64,000 nucleotides of DNA, from assembly GCA_964566225.1 (NCBI GenBank), contig CAZMHV010000002.1, positions 231,489 to 295,488 of the forward strand, in the 5' to 3' direction. Below, piece after piece: positions 43,740-54,318 of this stretch. The DNA comes from an uncultured Gammaproteobacteria bacterium (GTDB taxonomy: Bacteria > Patescibacteriota > Patescibacteriia > Magasanikbacterales > UBA922). How positions within the stretch are numbered: the first letter of the stretch is position 1; each line of letters begins with the position of its first letter. The translations under genes and the position numbers were made by a program. The notes under the pieces were generated by a model, which was not told the origin of the DNA, did not search any database, and saw only the letters and a list, made by a program, of their open reading frames with translations.

Positions 43740-45878
43740 TTGAAATGTATGAAATTACTTTTGGCCTCGGATATTTTTCCACCTGATGCAGGTGGCCCTG
43801 CTACCTATGTAGTAGCTTTGGCCAATGATTTGGTGAAACAAGGTGACCAAGTAACCGTGGTCACTTTGAATTCACATCCTGATACAAAGGCAGTGGACTG
43901 CCCCTTATTTTGTGTAACATCCAAAAATAAACTGGTGCGATATGCTCAGTATGTCAAATTGCTCTGGCAACAGAGTAAACAGGCTGATGTTATCTATGCG
44001 ATGGGTCCAGTTAATGCAGGACTTCCTGCCTTGGTGGTAAGTACTCTCAGACGGAAAAAGTTTTTTGTGAAAGTAGTCGGAGACTATGCTTGGGAACAGG
44101 GGACGAGTCGGTATGGTGTGAGTGATATGCTTGATGTATTTCAAAACAAACGGTATGGACTCACCGTAGAATTTTTGCGTGCGACTCAAAAATTTGTTTG
44201 TAAACATGCGGCACGGGTTATTGTGCCTTCACTGTATTTGAAAAAAATTGTTTCTGGCTGGGGAGTGTTGGAGCGCAAAATAGAAACGGTGTATAATGCC
44301 CTTCCCTTTGTGGAAGTACGTGCCGTGCAAAAACCTGCAAACGAAAAGTGGATTGTATCCGTAGCTCGTCTGGTGGCTTGGAAAGGACTCGATACATTGA
44401 TTGATGTTGTTCATGCTATAAGCAAAGATGTCCCTGGAATAAAATTAAAAATTGTTGGTGATGGTCCAGAAATGCAAAAACTTCAATCAAAAATTGTTCA
44501 TTTGGGACTGCAGGATACTGTGGAGTTGGTAGGCAGTGTGTCACACGAAAAAGCCTTGTCATATATTGCTGCGTCAGATGTATTTGTATTGAATAGTGGT
44601 TACGAAGGATTGTCACACGTGTTACTCGAAGCCGTGTACGCGGGAGTGCCTGTTTTGGCGAGTCATGTTGGGGGTAATCCAGAAGTCATCATTGCCTCAG
44701 AACGTGGAGAATTGTTTCAATATAACAATACCGAAGAAATTCGTGAAAAAATACTTCGTGTGCTTCGAGGTCAGGCTCCACTGCACCCTTGGACTGAAAC
44801 ACAAAAATCTGAGTTTTTGGAAATGTTTTCACCTGAGATTATGATAGGTCGGACGAAGCGAATCCTCAGTATTGCTCGGGTGCTTATGATGAGTCTTGAT
44901 CCACATTTGTTTGATGAAAATTCCAGTGTGGCTACAAGAATTTTGGCTACACAAATAAATGCTGAACTTTTTGTGCTTGTGCCAGGAGAACAAGATGAAT
45001 TTTTGCGTCCACATCCACGTATGTTTTTGTTTAAACGTGGCAAAAGTAAAATACGACAGTTTTTTGCTTTGCTTGCTTTGGGGCGAAAACTCAATGCGCA
45101 AGAACAGTTTGCTTTTATCACAGCACAAGATCCTTTCTTTACTGGATTGCTCGGAGTATTGATCAAAAAAAGAAAGCAGCAATTGGTGGTGCAGCTCCAT
45201 GGTGATTTTATGGGAACTGAGTATTACAAAAAAAGTGGACTGGGAAATTTGATTCGTTATTATCTCAGTTTTTTTGTGCTGTGGAGAGCCTCGACCATTC
45301 GTGCGGTGGGTGAGCGGGTGCGACTGAGTTTATTGAAGCGTGGTATTCGAGAGACAAAAATACATATTCAACCAGTAAAAGTAGAAACAGAAAAAATAGG
45401 AGAGTATGTACCTCAGTTTGATGTGCACCGCAAATATATGGGACGTGAAAAAATATTTTTATTTTTGGGGCGTCTTGATGCGGTCAAAAATTTATCTTGG
45501 CTCATTGATGTCTTTGCAGATGTGGTAAAGCTGCATCCAGAGTACTTGTTGTTAATAGTTGGAAGTGGTACTGAATTAGCCGTGCTCAAAGAAAAAGTTA
45601 GTAGATTGCATTTGGAGCATTCGATTATTTTTGAACAGTGGACCAGTGATCCTTTGAGTTTTTTGAAAACCGTAGATGGATTGCTTTTTCCAAGTTTATC
45701 AGAAGGCTATGGTATGGTGGTGATGGAAGCAGTGGCAGCAGGGTGTCCTGTGATTATGAATGATGTGGGTGTGGCTGGGTATGAAGTGCAGCAAAGTGAA
45801 AGTGTCAAAATTATTCCAGTGGAAAAGCGAGATGAATGGGTGAAAGCGATTTGTGAACTTGGTGAAAAAGTAAAATAA
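43740..45878 (+). CDS. Tandem double glycosyltransferase family 4 (two complete GT-B modules in one 712-aa ORF)
   Basis: Module 1 (about 1-370): ASDIFPPDAGGPATYV ... NSGYEGLSHVLLEAVYAGVPVLASHVGG. Module 2 (about 380-712): LVVQLHGDF ... PSLSEGYGMVVMEAVAAGCPVIMNDVG. Confidence 0.6.
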   Translation: MKCMKLLLASDIFPPDAGGPATYVVALANDLVKQGDQVTVVTLNSHPDTKAVDCPLFCVTSKNKLVRYAQYVKLLWQQSKQADVIYAMGPVNAGLPALVVSTLRRKKFFVKVVGDYAWEQGTSRYGVSDMLDVFQNKRYGLTVEFLRATQKFVCKHAARVIVPSLYLKKIVSGWGVLERKIETVYNALPFVEVRAVQKPANEKWIVSVARLVAWKGLDTLIDVVHAISKDVPGIKLKIVGDGPEMQKLQSKIVHLGLQDTVELVGSVSHEKALSYIAASDVFVLNSGYEGLSHVLLEAVYAGVPVLASHVGGNPEVIIASERGELFQYNNTEEIREKILRVLRGQAPLHPWTETQKSEFLEMFSPEIMIGRTKRILSIARVLMMSLDPHLFDENSSVATRILATQINAELFVLVPGEQDEFLRPHPRMFLFKRGKSKIRQFFALLALGRKLNAQEQFAFITAQDPFFTGLLGVLIKKRKQQLVVQLHGDFMGTEYYKKSGLGNLIRYYLSFFVLWRASTIRAVGERVRLSLLKRGIRETKIHIQPVKVETEKIGEYVPQFDVHRKYMGREKIFLFLGRLDAVKNLSWLIDVFADVVKLHPEYLLLIVGSGTELAVLKEKVSRLHLEHSIIFEQWTSDPLSFLKTVDGLLFPSLSEGYGMVVMEAVAAGCPVIMNDVGVAGYEVQQSESVKIIPVEKRDEWVKAICELGEKVK

Positions 45879-45893
45879 AATTTTTGTATACTC

Positions 45894-46934
45894 ATGTATA
45901 AGTGTCTCTGTATGTCAAAAGGATGTCGTATTTTGTTTATCACCCAAAAAATTCATGAAAAAGATGACGATCTTGCTTTTGTGACTCTGTGGCTCAACGA
46001 ATTTGTTCGTCAGGGTATGGAGGTACAGGTAATTTGTCTTGAAAAACAAGAGTATACTGGCAATATTCCGGTGTATTCACTTGGTAAAGAAAAAGGCAAA
46101 GGAAAGTTGGTACGCACACTTCGATTTTTGAAACTCATCATGACACTGCGCTACAACCGCGTGTTTGTCCACATGAATCCAGAGTACTTTACGGTTGGTG
46201 GATGGTATTGGTTTTTGACTCGTAGGCCAATGTATTTGTGGTATACCCACTATACCATGCATATACATATGCGCATTGCTGGTTGGCTCAGCACACGAAT
46301 GTTTGCTGCCACCAAACAAAGTTTGCCTCAGTACGAAGGCAGTCCCAAAAAAGTAATTACAGGTCATGGAATTGATGTAAATTTTTGGCTCTCGCAAGCA
46401 TCTCCTGCAAAAAATATGCAGATGGAAAATCGTCTGGTTTCGATTCATCGTATTTGTCGATCCAAACGTTTGGATCGTGCGATTTTGGCTTTGAAATTTT
46501 TACCAGAAAACTATTCGCTCGATGTGTACGGACGTGATGTTGAAAAAGATTACTATGCTGAACTTTTGGAATTGGTCAAAAAAGAAAAACTTGAGTCTCG
46601 TGTTACCTTCAAAGGACCTGTGCCCATGGCTGAACTCAAAGGTATTTATCCACAGTATCGTCTCATGGTAAATATGGCGTCAGAAACTATTGATAAAACC
46701 ATGCTCGAGGCTATGCTGTTTGGCGTATTTCCTGTGACTACACGAGGGAACTCTGAGGCGATTGGGCTCCCGGTCTCTCCAGAAAATGACGAGCCTCAGA
46801 CCCTTGCTAAATTTATTTTCAAAGGCTCTTGGAAAGAGTATAATAAAACAAGTTTACAAAATATTGTGAAAGAAAAGCATAGTTTGCAGAGTCTAATTGG
46901 TAAAATGGCAGAATATATCAAGAAAGGGGAGTAA
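45894..46934 (+). CDS. Glycosyltransferase (GT4/GT1-like)
   Basis: N-terminus CRILFITQKIHEKDDDLAFVT. C-terminal region VSIHRICRSKRLDRAILAL...MVNMASETIDKTMLEAMLFGVFPV is typical of a GT-B donor domain. Confidence 0.5.
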   Translation: MYKCLCMSKGCRILFITQKIHEKDDDLAFVTLWLNEFVRQGMEVQVICLEKQEYTGNIPVYSLGKEKGKGKLVRTLRFLKLIMTLRYNRVFVHMNPEYFTVGGWYWFLTRRPMYLWYTHYTMHIHMRIAGWLSTRMFAATKQSLPQYEGSPKKVITGHGIDVNFWLSQASPAKNMQMENRLVSIHRICRSKRLDRAILALKFLPENYSLDVYGRDVEKDYYAELLELVKKEKLESRVTFKGPVPMAELKGIYPQYRLMVNMASETIDKTMLEAMLFGVFPVTTRGNSEAIGLPVSPENDEPQTLAKFIFKGSWKEYNKTSLQNIVKEKHSLQSLIGKMAEYIKKGE

Positions 46935-46940
46935 TGTAAT

Positions 46941-47993
46941 ATGAAAAAAATTGCTATCATTGCAGGTGCTCGGCCAAATTTTATGAAAATTGTGCCACTC
47001 GTATTTGCGTTACAACGGGAATCTCTTCCTTATTTTGTAGTAAATACTGGTCAACATTTTGACCAAAATATGGCCAAAGTTTTCTTTGATGAGTTTGGCG
47101 TACAGCCAGATTTTTCTCTCCAGCCTTCTACAACTTCTGTCACGAGTCAGTTTACTGATATCATGCTCGGACTTGAAAAAATATTTGTGGACAATGTTCC
47201 TTCGCTCGTGGTTGTTGTGGGGGATGTTAATTCAACTCTTGCTGCGGCCCTCGTCGCGAACAAAATGAATATACCCGTTGCCCATGTGGAGGCAGGTCTT
47301 CGCTCACACAACAAAAAAATGCCAGAAGAAACGAATCGTATTTTGACAGATCATATTTCTGACGTATTATTTGTGACCATGGAAGAAGGCACGGAAAATT
47401 TGAAAAAAGAAAATGTCACGGGTGAAATTTTTGAAGTGGGAAATATTATGATTGATACGCTCGCACACAACGTGAGTGATATCAGACACACAGACGAAAA
47501 ATTTTATTTTTGTACATTGCACCGAGCCGAAAATGTCGATGATAAAAAAATATTTGGTGAGATTCTCGATGCTCTTGAGAGTATTGGTAAAGATGCTCTC
47601 GTGTATTTGCCACTGCACCCACGAACCAAAAAACAAGCCGAGCAGTTTGGCTTCATGCCGAGAATAGAAAAAATATTTCATTTGCTTCCACCACTCTCAT
47701 ACACAGAATCTTTGTATTATCAAAAAAACGCTGCTTTGGTTTTGACTGACTCTGGTGGAGTTCAAGAAGAAACCAGTTTCCTCGGAACACCTTGTTTAAC
47801 ATTGCGTACGGAGACAGAACGACCCGTTACAGTGACGCAAGGGACAAATACGATTGCGGGGGTAACGACAGAAAGTATTTTGAAAGCATATAAAGTCAAA
47901 AGTTTAGAAAAACAAAATATTCAAATTCCAAATTGGGATGGAAAAACAGGAGAGAGAATTGTAACAATACTCAAAAAATATTTAAATAAATAA
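46941..47993 (+). CDS. wecB: UDP-N-acetylglucosamine 2-epimerase (non-hydrolysing)
   Basis: MKKIAIIAGARPNFMKIVPL, GDVNSTLAAALVANKMNIPVAHVEAGLRS and TDSGGVQEE are hallmark WecB/MnaA motifs. Confidence 0.8.
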   Translation: MKKIAIIAGARPNFMKIVPLVFALQRESLPYFVVNTGQHFDQNMAKVFFDEFGVQPDFSLQPSTTSVTSQFTDIMLGLEKIFVDNVPSLVVVVGDVNSTLAAALVANKMNIPVAHVEAGLRSHNKKMPEETNRILTDHISDVLFVTMEEGTENLKKENVTGEIFEVGNIMIDTLAHNVSDIRHTDEKFYFCTLHRAENVDDKKIFGEILDALESIGKDALVYLPLHPRTKKQAEQFGFMPRIEKIFHLLPPLSYTESLYYQKNAALVLTDSGGVQEETSFLGTPCLTLRTETERPVTVTQGTNTIAGVTTESILKAYKVKSLEKQNIQIPNWDGKTGERIVTILKKYLNK

Positions 47994-48050
47994 AATTTTG
48001 CATTACCGTGTTTTAACTTTTAAAAGATTTTGCAAACACACACAACCTGT

Positions 48051-49931
48051 ATGTGCGGCATCAATGGTTTCAATTTCGTTGACCAACTCAAAATAGAACG
48101 CATGAATGAACGTACGAAACATCGTGGTCCTGATGATGGTGGTTTTTTGATTACTGAAAAGTGGTCATTTGGGCACAATAGACTTTCTATTATTGATCTT
48201 TCTCCACTCGGTCACCAACCCATGATTACTCCAGACGAAAAGTTTGCGATTGTTTTTAATGGTGAAATCTATAATTATCAAGAACTCAAACAAGAACTCA
48301 CTGCCAAAGGGTATCAGTTCAAATCCAAAAGTGACACTGAAGTTTTGCTCTCTGCGTTTCAAGAATGGGGGACAGAAATATTTCCACGCTTAAATGGAAT
48401 TTTTGCTTGTGCCGTTATTAACTTGAAAACAGAGCAGGTCTGGATTGCCCGAGACCACATGGGAGTGAAACCGTTGTACTATTACTATAAAGATGGAATT
48501 TTTATTTTTTCTTCGGAAGTAAAAGCCATACTGGAACACCAGGTTGATACTTCACTCAGTACTGACGCACTCAATATTTATTTTCGTTTTTTGTATGTGC
48601 CAGCGCCACTTACTCTGTGGCAAAATATTTATAAACTTCCTGCGGCGCACTATGCTACCATCAAAGATGGTCACATGAGTATTGAAAAGTATTGGCAAAT
48701 CAAGGAAACTCCTGTGATTGAAGATAAACCAATGTTGGAGCGAGAAATTCAAAGACTGTTAAAAGATTCTGTTCAAAAACAACTCGTCGCGGATCGACCC
48801 GTAGGTATTTTTTTGAGCGGGGGCATTGATTCTACGATCATTGCAGGTCTTGCGAGTGAAACAAGTCCACATATCAATACTTTTAGTGTTGGCTTTGAAG
48901 ATACGGAAGAAACCGAAAAATATAATAATGACGCACGTATTGCCAAGCAAACGGCAGCGCATTTTGGAACTACCCATCATGAGTTTATCCTTACTGCAGA
49001 AGATATTAAAAATAACTTGGAAAAGACAATTTATCACATGGATGAACCGATTTCGAATCATGTACAAACAGTGAACATGCTCCTTGCGAAGCATGCCTCC
49101 AAAATTGCTACTGTCGTTTTGGGGGGTGATGGAGGAGATGAGCTTTTTGGTGGATACGAACGATATTACTATAGTAGTCTCATTGATCGTTACCAAAAAC
49201 TTCCCCCTGCATTACGAAAAAGTAAATTGACAGAGGTGCTGTTCAAAGTTTCTGGCAAAAAAGATATTGTCTCCAAGTTGAACTGTCCTCGAGGTTTGGA
49301 GCGTTATTTTTCTTTTTTTTCACAAAAAGAAGAACACATTAAAAAATTTTTATTGCCACAGTATAATGACCCAGAGACTGCACGAGAATACTTTGGTGAA
49401 AAATTTTTTTCACATGTTCCATCCAAAGATTTTACTCGTGAGTTTATGCGAGTGGATTTGCAAACGTGGCTTCCCGACGAATCACTCGCGCGTTCGGACA
49501 AAATGACTATGGCAGCAGGACTCGAAGAGCGTGTACCATTTTTGGATTATCGTTTGGTGGAATTGGCTGACCGCATTCCGGTGGAATATAAACTCGGGCA
49601 CAAAGGGCTCAGTTTGTTGCAACGTGGCAAAGGCTACACAGGAAAAAAGATTTTAAAATCAGCCATGAAATCATACATTCCAGATTTTGTAGTAAAGCAG
49701 CCAAAGTGGGGATGGTTTTCTCCTGCGGCGAAGTGGATTCGTGGACCCCTGCACCCACTGATGCAAGAGACACTGTCGGCAGAATATAATCAGGGGACAG
49801 CCGATATGTTTGATTTTTCTGCCCTTCAGACTATGCTTGAAGACCATGTAAGTAAAAAACAGTATAACCTCAATATACTCTGGGCAGTGATGACTTTTCA
49901 ACTGTGGTATAGACAGTTTATGAAGGATTAG
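48051..49931 (+). CDS. asnB: Asparagine synthetase B-like glutamine amidotransferase (AsnB family, common in glycan clusters)
   Basis: MCGI N-terminus (Cys2 nucleophile). Class II glutamine amidotransferase domain, then an ATP pyrophosphatase SGGIDS motif (VGIFLSGGIDSTIIAG). The ORF track starts at 48030, but the MCG start is required for the catalytic Cys. Confidence 0.8.
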   Translation: MCGINGFNFVDQLKIERMNERTKHRGPDDGGFLITEKWSFGHNRLSIIDLSPLGHQPMITPDEKFAIVFNGEIYNYQELKQELTAKGYQFKSKSDTEVLLSAFQEWGTEIFPRLNGIFACAVINLKTEQVWIARDHMGVKPLYYYYKDGIFIFSSEVKAILEHQVDTSLSTDALNIYFRFLYVPAPLTLWQNIYKLPAAHYATIKDGHMSIEKYWQIKETPVIEDKPMLEREIQRLLKDSVQKQLVADRPVGIFLSGGIDSTIIAGLASETSPHINTFSVGFEDTEETEKYNNDARIAKQTAAHFGTTHHEFILTAEDIKNNLEKTIYHMDEPISNHVQTVNMLLAKHASKIATVVLGGDGGDELFGGYERYYYSSLIDRYQKLPPALRKSKLTEVLFKVSGKKDIVSKLNCPRGLERYFSFFSQKEEHIKKFLLPQYNDPETAREYFGEKFFSHVPSKDFTREFMRVDLQTWLPDESLARSDKMTMAAGLEERVPFLDYRLVELADRIPVEYKLGHKGLSLLQRGKGYTGKKILKSAMKSYIPDFVVKQPKWGWFSPAAKWIRGPLHPLMQETLSAEYNQGTADMFDFSALQTMLEDHVSKKQYNLNILWAVMTFQLWYRQFMKD

Positions 49932-49970
49932 GGTATAATTCTCCAACCTCTTTACCTTTTACTTTTTTCT

Positions 49971-50615
49971 ATGAAGGGAAACGATATTTCGTGGTTTAGC
50001 TATATTAAATTTGGTATTATCAAATACACTCGTCGCACAGTGATGGCTACCATGTGCAAATTGATCCTCATGTGTTTACCAGTATGGAAAGATATTCAAA
50101 ATTACAAAAAAGAAGCCAAAAAAATTCCGCATTTTACCAAAGGCTATCGTCAATATTACAAGTTTCTGTCTATTTATCATAATATTCGCAAGTACAAACC
50201 GCAGTATGTCCTTGAATGTGGCAGCGGCCTAAGTACGATTATCATTTTGCGGGCGCTTAAAGAAAATGGCAGTGGCAAACTTATTTCAGTGGACGAGGAT
50301 GAGAAATTTGGCAACTATGTTTCCAAAATTGCTGGTGGAGACTTCAAGGTAAACATTTCACCATCACGTCCTGGAAATTATAAAGGGATTTCCGGAGATC
50401 AATACACTGCTATTCCAGAGTACCCTTATGATTTTCTGTTTATTGACGGTCCACAAACCAAAGAAGTAGACCTTGATACTTTTTATGTGCTCGAAAAAAA
50501 TCCCAATGCCCGTATGCTCATTGACTGTCGTATCAAAACCATTGACGCTATGCGTAAATTCTACCCAACCAAGTATAGTTATTTGACTAACATGGGATAT
50601 ATTAATTTTAAATAG
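49971..50615 (+). CDS. Class I SAM-dependent methyltransferase (CmcI/TylF-like, Methyltransf_24-type)
   Basis: VLECGSGLSTIIILRAL...GKLISVDEDEK and DFLFIDGPQTK. Confidence 0.5.
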   Translation: MKGNDISWFSYIKFGIIKYTRRTVMATMCKLILMCLPVWKDIQNYKKEAKKIPHFTKGYRQYYKFLSIYHNIRKYKPQYVLECGSGLSTIIILRALKENGSGKLISVDEDEKFGNYVSKIAGGDFKVNISPSRPGNYKGISGDQYTAIPEYPYDFLFIDGPQTKEVDLDTFYVLEKNPNARMLIDCRIKTIDAMRKFYPTKYSYLTNMGYINFK

Positions 50616-50626
50616 GCTTTGACTGT

Positions 50627-51490
50627 ATGAAATTTTTCAAAGAAAAAACTAGTGAAGAACTGACCAGTAAAGTACAAAAATGGTGGAACGACAATCCGTT
50701 TACCTATCTCATGGATAATAAAAATATTACTCCAGACTGGGCATTCTTCCGAAACATTGATAGAAAAATTATTAAGTGGATGCCTTGGGCGCAAAAGGGG
50801 TACCCACTTCTTTCTACGGTTATTGATTATAGTAAACTCAAAGGCAAAAAAGTGCTTGACATTGGTATTGGAACGGGCTGGACCACAGAACAGCTTGTCC
50901 GCGCTGGTGCCGAAGTATATGCCATTGATCTTACTCCACAGGCAGTAGAACTTGCCAAAAAGCGGATGGAAATTAATCACCTCACTGGTGCCAACATTCA
51001 AGCGGCCGATGCTCAAAATCTTCCTTTTCCTGATGGCACGTTTGATTATGTTCTTGCTTTTGGTACTCTCATGCACATGCCCAATACAGAAAAAGCCGTG
51101 AGTGAAATATATCGCGTACTCAAACCAGGTGGTCAGGCTGCGGCCATGATGTATTACAAACATTCTCTGCACTGGTGGTATTATATTTTCTTTGCCAAAG
51201 GAATTGTACGCGGAAAACTTTTGAAAATGTCTCCGCAAGAACTCTCGAACCGTTACACTGACGGTGCGTACGAAGAAGGGAATCAGCTCACCAAATTTTA
51301 TAGTAAAAAAGAAATTCAAAAATTGTTTGGTGCGTTTAAAGAAGTAAAAATAATGGTTGATGACACAACCACTCCTGTAGATACATTTCCACATCGCTAT
51401 GTCCCACTGGGAAGTTTTTTGCCAGAACGACTCAAGAAATGGTTGGTGAAAAAGGTGGGGCAGACTTTGTGGATTGATGTGGTGAAATAA
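50627..51490 (+). CDS. Class I SAM-dependent methyltransferase
   Basis: VLDIGIGTGWTTEQLVRAGAEVYAIDLTPQAV (motif I). FDYVLAFGTLMHMPN...YRVLKPGG (motifs II/III). Confidence 0.7.
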   Translation: MKFFKEKTSEELTSKVQKWWNDNPFTYLMDNKNITPDWAFFRNIDRKIIKWMPWAQKGYPLLSTVIDYSKLKGKKVLDIGIGTGWTTEQLVRAGAEVYAIDLTPQAVELAKKRMEINHLTGANIQAADAQNLPFPDGTFDYVLAFGTLMHMPNTEKAVSEIYRVLKPGGQAAAMMYYKHSLHWWYYIFFAKGIVRGKLLKMSPQELSNRYTDGAYEEGNQLTKFYSKKEIQKLFGAFKEVKIMVDDTTTPVDTFPHRYVPLGSFLPERLKKWLVKKVGQTLWIDVVK

Positions 51491-51534
51491 AGTGAAGTTT
51501 GTAAGCGATAAGTTATAAGTTTATAAGTAGTTTG

Positions 51535-51562
51535 AAACCCGGCAGTGTGCTGGGTTTTTTGT
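51535..51562 (+). terminator. Candidate intrinsic terminator
   Basis: AACCCGGCAGtgtgCTGGGTTTTTTGTT, imperfect stem with a bulge. Confidence 0.35.
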
Positions 51563-51641
51563 TCCCCCTTTTCCATATATTGAACAATCGATATCTGACG
51601 GAGGAGAAGGGAATGGTGTGTTTTTTTGTATACAAAATTAT

Positions 51642-52460
51642 TTACTTTTTCCGGCACAGCACATAATGCATCTCACCCGCCCCTGGCACCAGCGATGCAA
51701 TCGACATAATTACTGCCCGCAGATTTTTTCGCCAATTCCGCCACCCCTTAAATTTGGTCAACAAATTTTTATTATATTTTTCCACTACTTCAAATCCACT
51801 TTTTTCACACATGTACACCAATTCTTTCATGGTATACTCTCGCCAATGCCCTGTAAAATTTTCTCCCGTTTCAAAAAATTCGTCGACTGGCCAGTTGGGT
51901 GACCGGCCAAGTAAGAAGCGGAGACGTTTTAACAGCGTTGCAGAATTTGGAGTGGTAAGAAGTAAATATCCACCTGGTTTCAAAAGTTGCTGTGCTGCAG
52001 TAAAAAATTTTTTTGGATCTTTGAGGTGTTCAATCATGGCTTCACTGATAATGACATCTACTGGTTGTAAATCAGGAGGAAGTTCAGCGTTATAAATATT
52101 ACTGTTATATACTTTTACATTATTTTCACTCCAAATTTTTTGTAAAGTATCAATTTCTGAAATACCAAACATTTTGTTGTCTGATTCGGGAAAAATAAAA
52201 TAATCAAGTCCACTCACATCAACACCAAGATTGTGGAGTGCGAGTGGCATAATTCCAATACCGGTTCCAATATCTAAAAATGTTTTTTTCTCAAAGTCGG
52301 GGAGTGACTGGAGGAGTTCCAAAGAAAATAAATAGCGTTCAAAATCGACCCCATACTTTTTGGAAGAAGGGAAAAGGGCGTGATAGGCTTGGCCAAGGGC
52401 TTTATGGGTATTCATAGTAGACCTAGTATAGACAAAGCTCTGAAATTTTTCAATGCCCAT
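51642..52460 (-). CDS. Class I SAM-dependent methyltransferase
   Basis: FLDIGTGIGIMPLALHNLGVDVSGLD and VDVIISEAMIEHLKDPKKFFTAAQQLLKPGGYLLLTTPN. Confidence 0.7.
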   Translation of the reverse strand: MGIEKFQSFVYTRSTMNTHKALGQAYHALFPSSKKYGVDFERYLFSLELLQSLPDFEKKTFLDIGTGIGIMPLALHNLGVDVSGLDYFIFPESDNKMFGISEIDTLQKIWSENNVKVYNSNIYNAELPPDLQPVDVIISEAMIEHLKDPKKFFTAAQQLLKPGGYLLLTTPNSATLLKRLRFLLGRSPNWPVDEFFETGENFTGHWREYTMKELVYMCEKSGFEVVEKYNKNLLTKFKGWRNWRKNLRAVIMSIASLVPGAGEMHYVLCRKK

Positions 52461-52539
52461 TGGCCATCTTTCAAGATTTTCTCACCTTGCTTTGCCTGCC
52501 ACCTTTTGGTACACTGGGTGCAGATTAGACTCCTCAAAT

Positions 52540-53346
52540 ATGGAAAAAATCCCCTGTACTGTAGAAATACTCACTCTCAATAATGAAAAGACAATTGAAA
52601 AGGCACTTGAAAGTGTCAAAGATTTTGCTGAGATTCTTTTGATTGATGGCAATAGTAGTGATCACACTTTGGAGATTGCCAAAAAATTTGGTGCACGAAT
52701 TATTCCACAACAAGATATCACAGAAAAAAATATTCGTATTAGCGATTATAGTGCTGTGCGTAACAAGGGACTCCAGCAAGCAACTTACCCATGGTTTTTG
52801 TTTATTGACAGTGACGAATACTTGTCGCCAGAAGCCGTGGAAGAAATTCGTACGATTATTGCACACATTCCACCACGTCCACGTGTCTATCGTTTGCCAA
52901 GAAAGTTTGTGGTAGATGGAAATATTATTGAACGCGCCTCTGTGTATCCCAATTATCAGATCAGACTTTTTCATCGTGACTGTGTGACACAATTTATCAA
53001 ATCTATTCACGAAACCATTGAAGTAAAACCAGAGTGCGTCATTCATAAATTGCGTTCACCCGAATACGTTCCCATGCCTGCACTACCCGTGATTCGAAAA
53101 AAGTGGAGTCACTACCTTGATATGCAGCAAGAAGCTTTGAAAGATTTGACTACCAAACGGTGGCTGCAAGGCCTCAAAGCCAATACCAAAAAGTTTTGTG
53201 CCTATACTGTTAAATATGTACTCACCTTTGTGCGCGGGAGTGGCAAACGTATGCCATTTTGGTATGAATTTTATAATGCAACGTACCATCTGCGTTTAAT
53301 GGGAAGAATTACTATAAATTGTTTTCGAAAAATTTTTAAAAAATAA
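52540..53346 (+). CDS. Glycosyltransferase family 2
   Basis: CTVEILTLNNEKTIEKALESV, LIDGNSSDHT and FIDSDEYLSPEA (DxD). The ORF track starts at 52453, but MEKIPC at 52540 fits the GT2 N-terminus. Confidence 0.65.
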   Translation: MEKIPCTVEILTLNNEKTIEKALESVKDFAEILLIDGNSSDHTLEIAKKFGARIIPQQDITEKNIRISDYSAVRNKGLQQATYPWFLFIDSDEYLSPEAVEEIRTIIAHIPPRPRVYRLPRKFVVDGNIIERASVYPNYQIRLFHRDCVTQFIKSIHETIEVKPECVIHKLRSPEYVPMPALPVIRKKWSHYLDMQQEALKDLTTKRWLQGLKANTKKFCAYTVKYVLTFVRGSGKRMPFWYEFYNATYHLRLMGRITINCFRKIFKK

Positions 53347-53347
53347 T

Positions 53348-53962
53348 ATGACACCTTGGGACAATTTTTTTAAAGAAAAAATTACAAAAATCTTTACAGA
53401 TAAAAAACTCATCATCGACATTGGTGGGGGACTGCGAGTGCTCAAAGGCAAAGGAAATCGTTATGATGCTACGCGTGAATGGGTGGTGCCATACCTGCAA
53501 AATGTGCAATACAAAATTCTTGACCCAGTGCCAGACTATGATCCAGATATTGTAGGCGACATTCACAAGCTTCCACTTGAAGATAATTCTGTCGATGCCA
53601 TTATTTGTATTGCAGTGCTTGAACATGTTGAAGATCCATTTCAGGCCATGCGTGAAATATATCGTGTTCTCAAACCTGGTGGTTATTGTTTTCTCTATGT
53701 TCCATTTTTGTTTTACTACCATGCCGAAGTGGGATATTATAAAGATTTTTGGCGCTATACCGAAGATGGTGTGAAGCAACTCTGCAAGGCCTTTCCGACC
53801 GTTGAATATCAGAGTGTGCGCGGAGCTACGGGTACCTGGCTGCACCTGTCGCCACTCGGTCGTTTGAAGATGGTAAAATGGCTGGGTGCCAAACTCGATA
53901 TTCTTCTCAAAAAGCAAACCAGTAAGCAGGTGAGTGGATTTAATATTTTTTTGGTAAAATAG
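53348..53962 (+). CDS. Class I SAM-dependent methyltransferase
   Basis: IIDIGGGLRV and SVDAIICIAVLEHVEDPFQAMREIYRVLKPGGYCFLYVP. Confidence 0.7.
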   Translation: MTPWDNFFKEKITKIFTDKKLIIDIGGGLRVLKGKGNRYDATREWVVPYLQNVQYKILDPVPDYDPDIVGDIHKLPLEDNSVDAIICIAVLEHVEDPFQAMREIYRVLKPGGYCFLYVPFLFYYHAEVGYYKDFWRYTEDGVKQLCKAFPTVEYQSVRGATGTWLHLSPLGRLKMVKWLGAKLDILLKKQTSKQVSGFNIFLVK

Positions 53963-54068
53963 TCTAAAAAATACGCTAGGTAAAGGTAAAAATTTACTAT
54001 TTGAACTTTCTTGACACCTTTTGACACTTTATGGTACTATTGATCCACTGATCTTGGTACCATTTTTT

Positions 54069-54317
54069 ATGCTAGAAGAAATTAAAGAAAATGCAGTCTA
54101 TACCACCACCGAAGCCCAGTCTCTCCTCAAAGTGAGTGAGAGTACTATGAAGCGTCTTCTCAAAAAAGGCATTCTTCGGGCCAATAAGGTAGGGGGTCAG
54201 TACCGTATTTTAGGCAAAGAACTACTCCGCTTGATTTCTCCAGAACTTGAGCAAAAATCTATCAAGGCATATTTGAAAGTCAAAAAACGAGCTGTAGATG
54301 TAATTAACAAATGGTAA
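54069..54317 (+). CDS. Helix-turn-helix (HTH_17/excisionase-family) DNA-binding protein
   Basis: AVYTTTEAQSLLKVSESTMKRLLKKGILRANKVGGQYRI. A second copy of this regulator type (see 28177..28509). Confidence 0.5.
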   Translation: MLEEIKENAVYTTTEAQSLLKVSESTMKRLLKKGILRANKVGGQYRILGKELLRLISPELEQKSIKAYLKVKKRAVDVINKW

Positions 54318-54318
54318 T

